NCBI GenBank assembly: GCA_963699725.1
Contig: CAVOVA010000008.1
Location: 48,349 to 112,348 of the forward strand
DNA length: 64,000 nucleotides
Direction: 5' to 3'
Origin: an uncultured Thermoleophilia bacterium
GTDB lineage: Bacteria > Actinomycetota > Thermoleophilia > UBA2241
In this document: piece after piece, positions 1 through 9,039 of the stretch
How the letters are laid out: each line of letters starts with the position of its first letter
How positions within the stretch are numbered: the first letter of the stretch is position 1
Program-made: the position numbers and the translations under genes
The notes under the pieces: model-generated
Told to the model about the DNA's origin: nothing
Databases searched by the model: none
Seen by the model: the letters and a program-made list of their open reading frames with translations, nothing else

Positions 1-668
1 CCCTGCGCCGGCACCGCGTTCGGCACGCGGAGGCCCTCGATGACCTCGGCGACCATGCCGGCCTTCCCGGCGCCGGTGACCAGGAACCAGACCCGGCGCG
101 CGGCGTTGAGCACCGGCGCCGTCACCGTGATCCGCGGCGAGCCGTCCGGCGTCGTCGTCGCGACGCTGAAGCGGTCCTCGACCGCGAGCGCGTCGCTGTG
201 CGGGAAGAGCGAGGCCGTGTGGCCGTCGGTACCGAGCCCGAGCAGCACGAGATCGAGGACGGGCACGTCGACCCGCGGCCGCGACTGAGCCGCCAGGTCG
301 CGCAGCCCGGCGTCGTACGCCTGCGCGGCCTCCTCCGGCGGATCCTCGCCGCGCATCCGGTGCACGTTGGCGTCCGCGATGGGCACGTGCTTGATGAACG
401 AGTCACGCGCCATGCCGTAGTTGCTCTGCGGGTCGTCGGGCGGCACGCAGCGCTCGTCGCCCCAGTACAGCTGGACGCGGCGCCACGGTACCTTCTGGCT
501 GAACTGTTGACGGGCGAGCAGGCGGTAGAAGGCTCGCGGCGTCTCGCCGCCGCAGAGCGCGACGGCGAAGCGGCCACGCGCCGCCGCCGCCTCCTGAGCC
601 GCCAGCGCGAAGAGATCGGCGGCACGCAGTGCGAGCGCGTCGCCGTCCGGCAGGATCTCGATGCTCAT
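1..668 (-). CDS. pgl: 6-phosphogluconolactonase (3' end beyond window edge)
   Basis: Frame absent from ORF track (no stop in window). ATG 668-666 overlaps zwf stop (ATGA). Own translation MSIEILPDGDALALRAADLF..VALCGGETPRAFYRLL..LYWGDERCVPPDDPQSNY..LLGLGTDGHTASLFP fits Pgl/NagB-fold signatures. Last gene of the PPP operon. Confidence 0.85.
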   Translation of the reverse strand, partial: MSIEILPDGDALALRAADLFALAAQEAAAARGRFAVALCGGETPRAFYRLLARQQFSQKVPWRRVQLYWGDERCVPPDDPQSNYGMARDSFIKHVPIADANVHRMRGEDPPEEAAQAYDAGLRDLAAQSRPRVDVPVLDLVLLGLGTDGHTASLFPHSDALAVEDRFSVATTTPDGSPRITVTAPVLNAARRVWFLVTGAGKAGMVAEVIEGLRVPNAVPAQ

Positions 669-2338
669 CGTTCGTCTCCCTTCGTTGGCCGGCGCCAGGA
701 GTGACCGTCGCGCGCGATGAGCGCGTCCGCGGACTCCGGCCCCCAGCTGCCGGCCTCGTAGATCGATAGGTCACGCTCCGGTCGCTTCGCCCAGGCGTCG
801 AGGACGGGCCCGACGATGCGCCACGCCTCCTCCGCCTGGTCGCCTCGCGTGAACAGGGTCATGTCACCCTCCATGGCGTCCACGAGCACCGTCTCGTAGG
901 CGCTGAAGGGGAGTTCGTTCAACGTCGTACCGTACGAGAAGTCCATGGCCACCGGCTGCAGCGCCACGGCGTGGCCGGGACGCTTGGACTCGATGGTCAG
1001 CGAGAACCCTTCGTCCGGCTGGACGCGGAGCACGAGCACGTTGGGCTGCAGGCCGCCGCCCGCGGCGGCGTCGCGGAAGAGCGCCACGGGCGGCCGCTTG
1101 AAGTGGATGGCGATCTCGGTGACGCGGCGCGCCATCCGCTTGCCGGTGCGAAGGTAGAACGGCACGCCCTGCCAGCGCCAGTTGTCGACGACGAGCTTGA
1201 GCGCCGCGTACGTCTCCGTGTACGAGTCCGGCGCCACCCGCTCCTCACCGCGGTAGGCCGGGACGTCTTCTCCGTCGACCCGGCCCTGGACGTACTGCGC
1301 GCGCACCGCCCACTCTTCGATCGACCGGGTCGGGATCGGTCGAACCGCGCGCAGCACCTTCATCTTCTCGTCGCGCACACCGTCCGCATCGAACGACGCC
1401 GGGGGCTCCATCGCCACGAGAGAGAACAGCTGGATGAGGTGCGGCGTGATCATGTCACGCAGCGCGCCGGCCTCCTCATAGTATGGGCCGCGGTGCTCGA
1501 CGCCCAGCGTCTCCGCGGCGGTGATCTCGACGAAGTCGACGTAGCGCCGGTTCCACACCGGCTCGAAGATGCCGTTGGCGAAACGCAGGACCAGCAGGTT
1601 CTGAACGGTCTCCTTGGCGAGGTAGTGGTCGATGCGGTAGACCTGCCGCTCGTCGAAGACCTTGCCGATGACCGCGTCGAGCTCGTGGGCCGTCTCGAGG
1701 TCGCGCCCGAACGGCTTCTCGATGACGACCCGGGTCCAGCCCGGGCGGGGTTCTCCGGCGGCGTGCTCGCGATCGAAGGCGCCGGGGCGCGCCAGTCCGG
1801 CGTCGCCCAGCTGGCGGACGATGACCTCGAACTGGCTCGGCGGCGTGGCCAGGTAGAACATGCGGTTGCCGCGCGCGCCCGTGCCATCGAGTTCCTCCAG
1901 CGCGGCGGCCAGGCGCCGGTACCCGTCGGGGTCGTCGAACTGCCCCTGCACGTAGCGCGGCGCCTGGAGGAGGCGGTCGCACGTGGAGCCATCGACGACC
2001 TCCGCCCCGTAGTGATCGTCGATCGCCGCGCGCATCAGGTCGCGGAATTCCTCGTCGCTGAGCTCCTGGCGGCCGTAGCCGACCAGCGTCGTGCCGAACG
2101 GCAGCACGCCATGACAGCCGAGGTCGTAGAGAGCCGGTATCAGCTTGCGGTGAGCGAGGTCCCCTGTGACCCCGAACATGACGAGGCTGCAGGGATCCGG
2201 GTGACGCTCGCCGCCGAACGGCGAGGCAGACCCGGCTGCCTTGCCACGCCCGGCTACGTGGATCCCGCCGTCCTCCGAGAGGTCGTCGGGTTCGTCGTAG
2301 CTGAGGCGCCCGCCGACGGCCCCATCGTCCACCGTCAC
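665..2338 (-). CDS. zwf: glucose-6-phosphate 1-dehydrogenase
   Basis: Track ORF 665..3154 contains FGVTGDLAHRKL, RIDHYLAKETVQNL, EKPFG motifs. Trimmed to GTG 2338, which overlaps the gnd stop (GTGA). An internal Met (MFGVTGD, ~2176) is an alternative start. Confidence 0.93.
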   Translation of the reverse strand: MTVDDGAVGGRLSYDEPDDLSEDGGIHVAGRGKAAGSASPFGGERHPDPCSLVMFGVTGDLAHRKLIPALYDLGCHGVLPFGTTLVGYGRQELSDEEFRDLMRAAIDDHYGAEVVDGSTCDRLLQAPRYVQGQFDDPDGYRRLAAALEELDGTGARGNRMFYLATPPSQFEVIVRQLGDAGLARPGAFDREHAAGEPRPGWTRVVIEKPFGRDLETAHELDAVIGKVFDERQVYRIDHYLAKETVQNLLVLRFANGIFEPVWNRRYVDFVEITAAETLGVEHRGPYYEEAGALRDMITPHLIQLFSLVAMEPPASFDADGVRDEKMKVLRAVRPIPTRSIEEWAVRAQYVQGRVDGEDVPAYRGEERVAPDSYTETYAALKLVVDNWRWQGVPFYLRTGKRMARRVTEIAIHFKRPPVALFRDAAAGGGLQPNVLVLRVQPDEGFSLTIESKRPGHAVALQPVAMDFSYGTTLNELPFSAYETVLVDAMEGDMTLFTRGDQAEEAWRIVGPVLDAWAKRPERDLSIYEAGSWGPESADALIARDGHSWRRPTKGDER

Positions 2339-3240
2339 TCCTTCTCCTTGACGGCGTGCCCGCCGAACTCGTTGCGGAGCGCCGCCAGTACCTTGCCGCT
2401 GAACGTGTCGGCCTGGCGCGAGCGGAAGCGCATGAACAGCGCGGAGGTGATCGCCGGCATGGGCACCGAGTGGGCGATCCCCTGTTCCACCGTCCAGCGG
2501 CCTTCGCCGGTGTCCTCCACGTAGCCGGTGATGTGCTCGAGCCCCGGGTCCTTCTTCAGCGCGTCGGCGGCCAGCTCGAGCAGCCAGCTGCGCACCACGC
2601 TGCCCTGGTTCCAGAGATCGGCGATCGCGGCGAGGTCGAGGTCCCAATCGGTCGCCTCGAGGAGCTCGAAGCCCTCGGCGTAGGCCTGCATCATGCCGTA
2701 CTCGATGCCGTTGTGGACCATCTTGACGAAGTGGCCGGAGCCGTGACCGCCGCAGTACTGGTAGCCGTGACCGGGCGGCGCCAGCGTCGCGAGAAGCGGC
2801 TCGATGTGCCCGAACGCCGAGCGGTCGCCCCCGACCATGAGGCAGTAGCCCACCTCGAGGCCCCACACCCCGCCGCTGGTGCCGGCGTCGAGGTAGCGGA
2901 CGCCGAGTGGCGCGAGCTGGGCGCCGCGCTCGATGTCGTGCTGGAACGGTGAGTTGCCGCCGTCCACGAGGATGTCGCCCTGGTCGAGCAACGGCGTCAG
3001 CTCGTCGATCGCCGCCTGCGTGGCGTCCCCGTACGGCAGCATGATCCAGATGACGCGGGGCGCCTCGAGCGCGGCGACGACGTCGGTGAGCCGGCGGACC
3101 GGCTCGGCGCCCTCGCCGCCGAGCTCCTCCGCCTTGGCGTACGTGCGATTCCACACGACCACGCGGTGACCGCCGCGCAACAGACGGCGGGCCATGTTGC
3201 CACCCATGCGACCGAGCCCGACCATGGCGATGTCCATCAC
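2335..3240 (-). CDS. gnd: 6-phosphogluconate dehydrogenase, short (~300 aa, decarboxylating) form
   Basis: MVGLGRMGGNMARRL Rossmann N-terminus, GGHGSGHFVKMVHNGIEYGMMQAYAEG core. Sits between pgi and zwf. Confidence 0.9.
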   Translation of the reverse strand: MMDIAMVGLGRMGGNMARRLLRGGHRVVVWNRTYAKAEELGGEGAEPVRRLTDVVAALEAPRVIWIMLPYGDATQAAIDELTPLLDQGDILVDGGNSPFQHDIERGAQLAPLGVRYLDAGTSGGVWGLEVGYCLMVGGDRSAFGHIEPLLATLAPPGHGYQYCGGHGSGHFVKMVHNGIEYGMMQAYAEGFELLEATDWDLDLAAIADLWNQGSVVRSWLLELAADALKKDPGLEHITGYVEDTGEGRWTVEQGIAHSVPMPAITSALFMRFRSRQADTFSGKVLAALRNEFGGHAVKEKE

Positions 3241-3279
3241 GTCCTCCTCGTCCTGCCGGGTCAGACCGGCTGCGCAGTG

Positions 3280-4971
3280 CTAGTTCGCAAGCGTGGCGAC
3301 GACGAGTTCCGTGAGGCGCTTCACGCCCTTCCGCACGTCGTCACCGAGACACACACGGAGCGCGCGGCAGCCGTGCGCCCGCAGGGCACCGAGGTCGCCG
3401 CGCGCCTGAGCTCGCTTCAGCACGCTGAAGCTGTACGGCTGGCCCGGGATGTCAACGTCGACGGGGTCGTGCCCCACCAGCTGGAGGAACAAACCCCGGT
3501 TCGGCCCGCCCTTGTGGAGCTGACCGGTCGAGTGCAGGAAGCGCGGGCCGTAGCCCAGCGTCGTGGCGAGGCGCAACCGGTCGCGGAGCTCCTGCCGCAG
3601 CTTCTGGAGGTCAGCCCAGACGGAGTCACCAGGGGCCACGTATGCCTGCAACGCCACGTAGTCACCCGGCGCGGCCCGCGCGAAGAAGGCGGTGAGCGCC
3701 GCCGGCAGATCCTCGTCGCGTACAGGGAACGCCACGCGGCCGTCGCCGGCCGGGAGATCCTCGAGCAGCTCGCCGCTGGCGATGTAGCCGGCGAGCAGCC
3801 GCTTGGTGTTGTCCTTGCTCTCCTGCACGTTGGGCTGGTCGAACGGGTCGATGCCGAGCACGTGCCCGGCGGTCGCCACAGCGATCTCCCAGCGCAGGAA
3901 CTCCCCGCCGAGGTCGTAGGCGCCGTCCATCGCGTGGCCGATCACCGGGTGACCGGCGGCGGCCAGGTCCATCAGCCGCTGCGCCGCGCCGCTCGCGGCC
4001 ACGCTGGTGAGGCCGACGGCGACGAACGCGCGGTCTGCTCCGTACACGCCGGAGTCGCCGACCTGCTCGAGGTCCACCGGCAGGATGCCCGTGCCCTCCT
4101 TGCCGGTGCTCTCTGCGACGAGCTGCTCCACCCAGGCGCCGAGCGCACGCAGCGGCGGCTCGGCGACGATGGTGAGCTTGTCGCGGCCGGCCAGAGCCGC
4201 CTCGCCGAGGACGGCGCCAAGACGCAGGCCCGGGTTCTCGGGCGCAGGCACGTCAGGCCCGCAGGCCACGGCGACATCGCGCACGCCGTCGAGAAGCCGC
4301 TCCAGATCGGCGCCGATGAGCGCCGCCGGCACCATGCCGAAGAAGCTGAGCGCCGAGTAGCGGCCGCCGATGTCCGAGGGGTTCACGAAGACGGCGCGGA
4401 AGCCTTGCGCCAGCGCCTCCTCCTGGAGCGACGTGCCCTCGTCGGTGATGGCGATGAAGTGCTGCCCGGCGTGGTCACCGCAGTGCTCCCGAACGCGCTC
4501 GAAGAAGTAGGCATGGAAGCTCGCCGTCTCCGTGGTGCCACCCGACTTGCTGGAGACGACGAAGACCGTTGACTCGAGATCGACGGCCCCCTCGACGGCG
4601 AGGACGGCGGCCGGGTCGGTGGAGTCGAGCACGTGGAGCTTGAGGTAGCCTTCCGTGGTCCCGAGCACGGCCTCGAGTACTTCGGGCGCGAGGCTCGAGC
4701 CGCCCATGCCGAGCAGGACGGCGGAGCGAAAGCCCTCGGCACGCAGCTCGTCGACGAACTCGCTGACTCCCTCGGCCTGCTCGCGCACGCCCTCGAAGAC
4801 GCTGAGCCAGCCGAGGGCGTTCCCGATGATGGCCTGATGCGCTTCGTCGTCAGGCTTCCACAGACTCGCGTCCGCCTCCCAGAGGCGCTCGGCATACCGC
4901 TCCGCGGCCAAGCGCTCGAGACGCCCGGCTACGGCCGTGTCCAGCCAGGCGGGCAGCAACAACTGGTCCAC
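3280..4971 (-). CDS. pgi: glucose-6-phosphate isomerase
   Basis: LLGMGGSSLAPEV, VVSSKSGGTTET, DIGGRYSALS, ESTGKEG motifs. Start set to GTG 4971 (VDQLLLPAWLD), 1 nt after the tal stop; the upstream part of track ORF 3280..5142 overlaps tal. Confidence 0.9.
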   Translation of the reverse strand: MDQLLLPAWLDTAVAGRLERLAAERYAERLWEADASLWKPDDEAHQAIIGNALGWLSVFEGVREQAEGVSEFVDELRAEGFRSAVLLGMGGSSLAPEVLEAVLGTTEGYLKLHVLDSTDPAAVLAVEGAVDLESTVFVVSSKSGGTTETASFHAYFFERVREHCGDHAGQHFIAITDEGTSLQEEALAQGFRAVFVNPSDIGGRYSALSFFGMVPAALIGADLERLLDGVRDVAVACGPDVPAPENPGLRLGAVLGEAALAGRDKLTIVAEPPLRALGAWVEQLVAESTGKEGTGILPVDLEQVGDSGVYGADRAFVAVGLTSVAASGAAQRLMDLAAAGHPVIGHAMDGAYDLGGEFLRWEIAVATAGHVLGIDPFDQPNVQESKDNTKRLLAGYIASGELLEDLPAGDGRVAFPVRDEDLPAALTAFFARAAPGDYVALQAYVAPGDSVWADLQKLRQELRDRLRLATTLGYGPRFLHSTGQLHKGGPNRGLFLQLVGHDPVDVDIPGQPYSFSVLKRAQARGDLGALRAHGCRALRVCLGDDVRKGVKRLTELVVATLAN

Positions 4972-4972
4972 G

Positions 4973-6133
4973 TCAGCTCCCTTCGCCTTCGAGCAGGCGC
5001 GCGCGCTTGTCTTCCACGATGCCGAGCAGCCGGTCGTAGGCGTCGACGAAGAGATCGACGCCCTCGGTCTGCAGCTGGGCGCCCACGCGCTCCAGATCGA
5101 TCCCGGCCTGGGCCAGCTCGCGCACCAGACGATGCGCCTCATCGAGGCGCCGGTCGACGCTGCGAGTCAGGGTGCCATGGTCCTTGAACGCCTGCCAGGT
5201 CACCTCGGGGAGCGTCGTGACGGTGTGCTCTCCGATGAGCTCGTCCACGTACAGCGTGTCCGGATAGGCGGGGTCCTTGACGCCGGTGCTGGCCCAGAGA
5301 ACCCGCTGGACCTTGGCGCCCGAGGCGGCGATGAGCTGCCAATCGCGTCCGTTGAGATAGCTGCGGAAGCGCTCGTAGACGACCTTGGCGTTGGCGACCC
5401 CCGCGCGCCCTTTGAGCGCCGCGTAACGGCGTTGTTCCGCCGGGTCGGCGGATGCCTCCACCCGCGCGTCCAGCAGTTCGTCGACGAGCGTGTCGACGCG
5501 CGAGACGAAGAGGCTCGCGACCGATGAGGTCGCGCGGATGGTGAGGTCACGGCCGAGCCGGTACTCGAGGGCGTCGATGTACGCATCGGCGACGGCCTCG
5601 TACTGAGTCAGCGAGAAGAGCAGGGTGATGTTGACGTTGAGGCCGTCACGCAGGCAGCGCAGGATCGCCGGGACGCCCTCCCGGGTGCCCGGGATCTTGA
5701 CCAGCACGTTGGGCCTGTCCACAGCGGTGAAGAGGCGGTGCGCCTCCTCGACCGACCTCTCGGTGTCGTAGGCGAGGTGTGGCGAGACCTCGATGCTGAC
5801 GAAACCGTCCTCGCCGCCGCTGCCGAGGTAGACGGGAGCGAGCACGTCGCAGGCCGCGCGCACGTCGTCGAGCGTCAGCCGGTCGAGGATCGCGGGCGCG
5901 TCCAGGCCCTGCCTGGCCAGCGTCAGGATCTCCTCATCGTACTCTGTGCCGCCGCCGATGGACTTCTCGAAGATCGCCGGATTGGTGGTGACGCCCCCGA
6001 GGCCGTCGCGTTCGACCATCTTCTGGAGGCCGCCGCGCACGATCAGAGTCCGGTTGATGTAGTCGAACCAGGGACTCTGACCGAGACGGTGAAGCCCGGT
6101 GATCCGGCTCTCGGCAGGGGGCACGGCGATCAC
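4973..6133 (-). CDS. tal: transaldolase
   Basis: SPWFDYI, GVTTNPAIFEK, VSIEVSP, LVKIPGT motifs; full-length track ORF. Confidence 0.93.
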   Translation of the reverse strand: MIAVPPAESRITGLHRLGQSPWFDYINRTLIVRGGLQKMVERDGLGGVTTNPAIFEKSIGGGTEYDEEILTLARQGLDAPAILDRLTLDDVRAACDVLAPVYLGSGGEDGFVSIEVSPHLAYDTERSVEEAHRLFTAVDRPNVLVKIPGTREGVPAILRCLRDGLNVNITLLFSLTQYEAVADAYIDALEYRLGRDLTIRATSSVASLFVSRVDTLVDELLDARVEASADPAEQRRYAALKGRAGVANAKVVYERFRSYLNGRDWQLIAASGAKVQRVLWASTGVKDPAYPDTLYVDELIGEHTVTTLPEVTWQAFKDHGTLTRSVDRRLDEAHRLVRELAQAGIDLERVGAQLQTEGVDLFVDAYDRLLGIVEDKRARLLEGEGS

Positions 6134-6326
6134 TCTCCTTCTCGCCTGGCGGGCTGTGGCCCGGGCGTGTCGTTGTCGTCGGCGTCACGATGGCCGCACG
6201 GTGCGGCCGGCGCGGTGCGCCGGCCCTCCGCACGGCCTCAGACTTGTCAATTCCCGCTGGGCCGCGATTTCAAGGATGTGGCCGGGCCGGCTTCGTCCGC
6301 CGGCCCGCAGCGGCCCTGCCCACGGT

Positions 6327-6701
6327 TCAGTAGTCGCCGCCCTCCGGGACGATGCACACAAAGGAGAGCGGCGCGTCCGCCGCCGCACGGAACTGATGCT
6401 CGTGATTCGGCGGGACGTAGGCGTACGCGCCGGCCTCGAGCGTGTGCTCCACACCGTCCAGCAACAGCACGCCGCTCCCGCCGGCCACGAAGTTGATGTG
6501 CGGCCAGTCGTGCGCGTGCCTGGGGGTGTGCCCGCCCGGCCCCACGTCGAAGAGCCTCATCACCCAACCGTCCCACCCTTGCTCGGGCGAGACCAGCACG
6601 CGCTTGACGACGCCCTCGATGCCGTCGCCGGCCATCGCCTTCGCGGCGACGTCCGCCTTCTTCCCCACCACCCAACGCTCGCTCATCAGGCTCCAGTCCA
6701 T
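6327..6701 (-). CDS. cupin domain protein
   Basis: HTPRHAHDWPH..GG.G..........L.AG.Y.YVPPNHEHQF two-motif cupin signature. Confidence 0.75.
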   Translation of the reverse strand: MDWSLMSERWVVGKKADVAAKAMAGDGIEGVVKRVLVSPEQGWDGWVMRLFDVGPGGHTPRHAHDWPHINFVAGGSGVLLLDGVEHTLEAGAYAYVPPNHEHQFRAAADAPLSFVCIVPEGGDY

Positions 6702-6728
6702 GGCCGATCCGTCATCTCTGCGCTGACT

Positions 6729-7118
6729 CTACCCCTTCGCGCCCGCGGCTCCTACGCCCCCGCCGGCGCTCTCCGCTACCCTGAACTCCACCATCCGGCG
6801 GATCAGCTCGGAGGGCAGCGGTTCGTTCAGCGGGAACTGCACGGAGCCTTTTGCGCTCTTGTAGTCCGCCAACTCGTCCGCGAACGCCGCGATCCCGCTC
6901 GAACCCGGATACAACCCTACGTGCTTCGCGTAGCCGGCGAAGTGCACCAGATGCCCGCCGTTGAGATCGAACGTCGGGATCGCATAGCTGATGGTCTCTA
7001 CGGCGCCTGGGGCCGCAGCCCTGATGACGCCGCGCACCTCACGCAGCACGGCCTGCGTCCCGGGCGGGAACTCGGCGATGTACTCGTCGATGGTCGCGGC
7101 CGTCGATCGCTTCGTCAT
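6729..7118 (-). CDS. DUF1801 (YdhG-like) domain protein
   Basis: TIDEYIAEFPPGTQAVLREVRGVI..ETISYAIPTF..HFAGYAKHVGLYP..GSVQFPL pattern typical of DUF1801. Confidence 0.7.
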   Translation of the reverse strand: MTKRSTAATIDEYIAEFPPGTQAVLREVRGVIRAAAPGAVETISYAIPTFDLNGGHLVHFAGYAKHVGLYPGSSGIAAFADELADYKSAKGSVQFPLNEPLPSELIRRMVEFRVAESAGGGVGAAGAKG

Positions 7119-7160
7119 TCCGCACCTGCCAGTCCGCTACGGCGCCGTGCCGGGGCGTAA

Positions 7161-7730
7161 TCACTGCTTCCTCCGGCGCCGCACTTCCTCTTCCCTCAAC
7201 GCGACGTTCTTCACCCCAGAGGCGATGAGCGCACGTCTGACGCCCGGGGCCGGGCGCCGGCGATGGCTGCGCTGGGGCGGTCGTCGTCCGGGCACGCGCC
7301 CGTGTCCGGCGCCAGGCTCTCGGCTTCGGGCAGCACGACCGCGAAGCGCTCGCGCCCGGACCTGCTGCGTCAGCAGCCACACGACGCGGTCGTACGAGGT
7401 CACGTAGTGCACGAGGACCACCGCGCCCACGGCAAGGCTCAGCCAGTATGCCCCGACGTCGTACAGAGCCCACGTCGCGAGCGCGAACATCGCCACCTCC
7501 AGAGCGAGCCTGACGAACCCGGGCACGGCAATGGGAGCGCTCCCAGAGCGGCTGGGATCGCCGGCCACGGCGAATGTGCCCCACACGACGGCCGCCAGAA
7601 CTGGAAGGCCGACCGCAAGGGCGATCGCGGTCCAGCCGTCGCCTCGCTGCCAGCCCCAGACTGCGAGTGCAGCAAGCACCGCCAGCTCGAGCACGAAGCG
7701 GACGGCAAGGTTGACCGGATGCGATCCCAT
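7161..7730 (-). CDS. DUF2568 (YrdB-like) membrane protein with Arg-rich C-terminal tail
   Basis: N-terminal ~120 aa form four hydrophobic helices (NLAVRFVLELAVLAALAVWGW..). The last ~65 aa are low-complexity Arg/Pro-rich, so the true stop may have been lost. Confidence 0.55.
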   Translation of the reverse strand: MGSHPVNLAVRFVLELAVLAALAVWGWQRGDGWTAIALAVGLPVLAAVVWGTFAVAGDPSRSGSAPIAVPGFVRLALEVAMFALATWALYDVGAYWLSLAVGAVVLVHYVTSYDRVVWLLTQQVRARALRGRAARSREPGAGHGRVPGRRPPQRSHRRRPAPGVRRALIASGVKNVALREEEVRRRRKQ

Positions 7731-7733
7731 GGC

Positions 7734-8024
7734 CTACATCGAGGCCACTTCGTAGACTCGAATGCTCGCGATGAACGGGTTGCTCTGGGCAAGCTTCTCC
7801 GCAGCGTCGAGGCTCTCCGCCTCGATGACCGTGTAGCCGGTGATGGACTCCATGGTCAACGGCAGGTCCTTGGTTCCGCTCTTCGATATCTCCCGGCCAC
7901 CGCTGAAATGCCCGCCCTGGTCGACTATCTTGTCGGAGATCGAGGCAAACCAATCCCCCCAGGCCTTCATGATCTCCGGGGTCGGTTCCTCGAATCCGAT
8001 ATGCAGGTACAGAAACCGCTTCAC
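7734..8024 (-). CDS. YCII-related domain protein
   Basis: GTG 8024 preceded by GGAGAG. FLYLH..EPTPEIMKAWGDWF....GYTVIEAESLDAAEKLAQSNPF..IRVYEV resembles YCII/DGPF fold proteins. Visibly more A/T-rich than neighbours. Confidence 0.65.
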   Translation of the reverse strand: MKRFLYLHIGFEEPTPEIMKAWGDWFASISDKIVDQGGHFSGGREISKSGTKDLPLTMESITGYTVIEAESLDAAEKLAQSNPFIASIRVYEVASM

Positions 8025-8050
8025 GACTCTCTCCTGGTCCGTGGGTGTTC

Positions 8051-8903
8051 TCAGAGGATTGCCGTCGGGCGGAGTCCGGCAAACGTGCGTGGGGATGCGC
8101 GAGCGGACACGCCCGCTCCGAGGGCGCTCCGCATGATGAAACGTCGTCGCGCCCTCCGCTCTCGTCCACGAGGGCCTCGTCGCCCCTGGCGCCGCTCTGC
8201 GCGCGCACTCCTCAGCCTCTCCCAGAAGCGCTTGCACAGGAAGCTGCCTTCGTCCAGCTCGCAGAGCTGTCGGAACATCGGCCGATTCACCGTGAAGGCC
8301 AGGATGTCGGAGGGCAGGTGCTCTCTCATCGCGATGTCCGCGGCGCCGACCATGGCCTTGGGGATCTCGGACCCCAGGTCCCCCAGCAGGGCCGCCATCT
8401 GCCCGCAGCCGGAGCCGAACGCGAGCGTCACCGGACGGTCCTCGAGCGACGCGGTGCGGTACTCGGCACCGAGGACCAGGAGGCTGAGCTAGTCGGGATT
8501 CACGGAGAACGTGACGGTCTTGAGGTAGTCGTACTGGTCGGCCCGCAGGGCACCGATCACGACGTGATCGTTCTCCATCACGTGCGGAGCTTGATTCTCG
8601 AGCCACTCGTACATCAGCTGGTCCGAGGACTTGAACCCTTCCCGCTGGTTCAGGGTGCGGGCGAAGTCCTCGCGGGTCGTGAACCCCAGACCGCCGACCC
8701 AGTTGCCGCCGCTGCTGCAGGTGGCTTCGCCCCGGGCGATGCGCACGCTCGCTCCCCTGAGCCAATCCTCGTAGCACGCGAACTGACACTGCGTGGGCTC
8801 TGCAAACGGCGCGAACGGCGTCGGATCGGACACATCGCTAGAGGCCGATCGGAGGTGTCTCGATGCCCGCCGCCTCGAGAAGCCTCGTGGGATCCGGGTC
8901 CAT
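8051..8903 (-). pseudogene. DUF169-like gene disrupted by a frameshift (~8838) and an in-frame TAG (8489-8491)
   Basis: Three pieces align as one protein: MDPDPTRLLEAAGIETPPIGL / ..PFAPFAEPTQCQFACYEDWLRG..CSSGGNWVGGLGFTT..VTFSVNPD* / LVLGAEYR..LAFGSGCGQMAALLGDLG..FTVNRPMFRQL. ORFs 8489..8983 and 8051..8431 share a frame. Confidence 0.5.
8068..8217 (-). repeat. possible fossil attC (family B-like arms, cores eroded)
   Basis: GGCAAAC..GATGCGCGAGCGGACACGCC ... CCTGGCGCCGCTCTGCGCGCGCAC..CTCAGCC loosely parallels family-B attC arms; overlaps the 3' tail of the DUF169 pseudogene. Confidence 0.2.
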
Positions 8904-8931
8904 GCTGGCCCCTCCGGGGCGCGCGACGTCG

Positions 8932-9017
8932 GCCTGACGTGGAGCGCACGAGCGGACGCGCGTGCGCTCTCCACTCTGTGCACCGTCCTGGCCTTCTGCT
9001 CGATGCACTGGCCGGGC
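8932..9017 (-). repeat. eroded attC (family B)
   Basis: Left core GCCTGAC + GGAGCGCACGAGCGGACGCG; right arm CCTGGCCTTCTGCTCGATGCAC + GCCGGGC. Arms match family B (cf. 32132) but AAC/GTT cores are mutated. Confidence 0.4.
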
Positions 9018-9039
9018 AGGAGTGCCGAGGCTGGAGGCT

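Noticed and set aside
122-704. Track ORFs 122..625(-), 198..704(+) and 40..288(+) at the left edge.
   Set aside because: All are low-complexity. The frame that actually encodes a recognisable protein (Pgl) has no stop in the window and is therefore missing from the track.
971-2524. Long + strand ORF (517 aa) opposite zwf. Similar long antisense ORFs occur at 3166..4572, 16046..17719, 16926..19094, 18781..20631, 20936..22150, 45298..47376, 48554..50440, 55062..56141(-), 57533..58882(-), 62202..63917 and 62681..63973(-).
   Set aside because: These are Arg/Ala/Pro/Gly-rich low-complexity translations with no recognisable motifs. They lie exactly antisense or out of frame to genes with strong family signatures. 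Such shadow ORFs are typical of ~70% GC DNA.
665-3154. 829-aa ORF suggesting a giant zwf fusion.
   Set aside because: The first ~270 residues are an out-of-frame read across gnd (Arg/Pro-rich). The real zwf begins at GTG 2338 (or the internal Met) with a GTGA overlap to gnd.
8489-8491. In-frame TAG in the DUF169-like gene as programmed read-through or Pyl.
   Set aside because: The same gene also carries a frameshift and lies in the decayed distal array, and there is no recoding context. A pseudogene is the simpler explanation.
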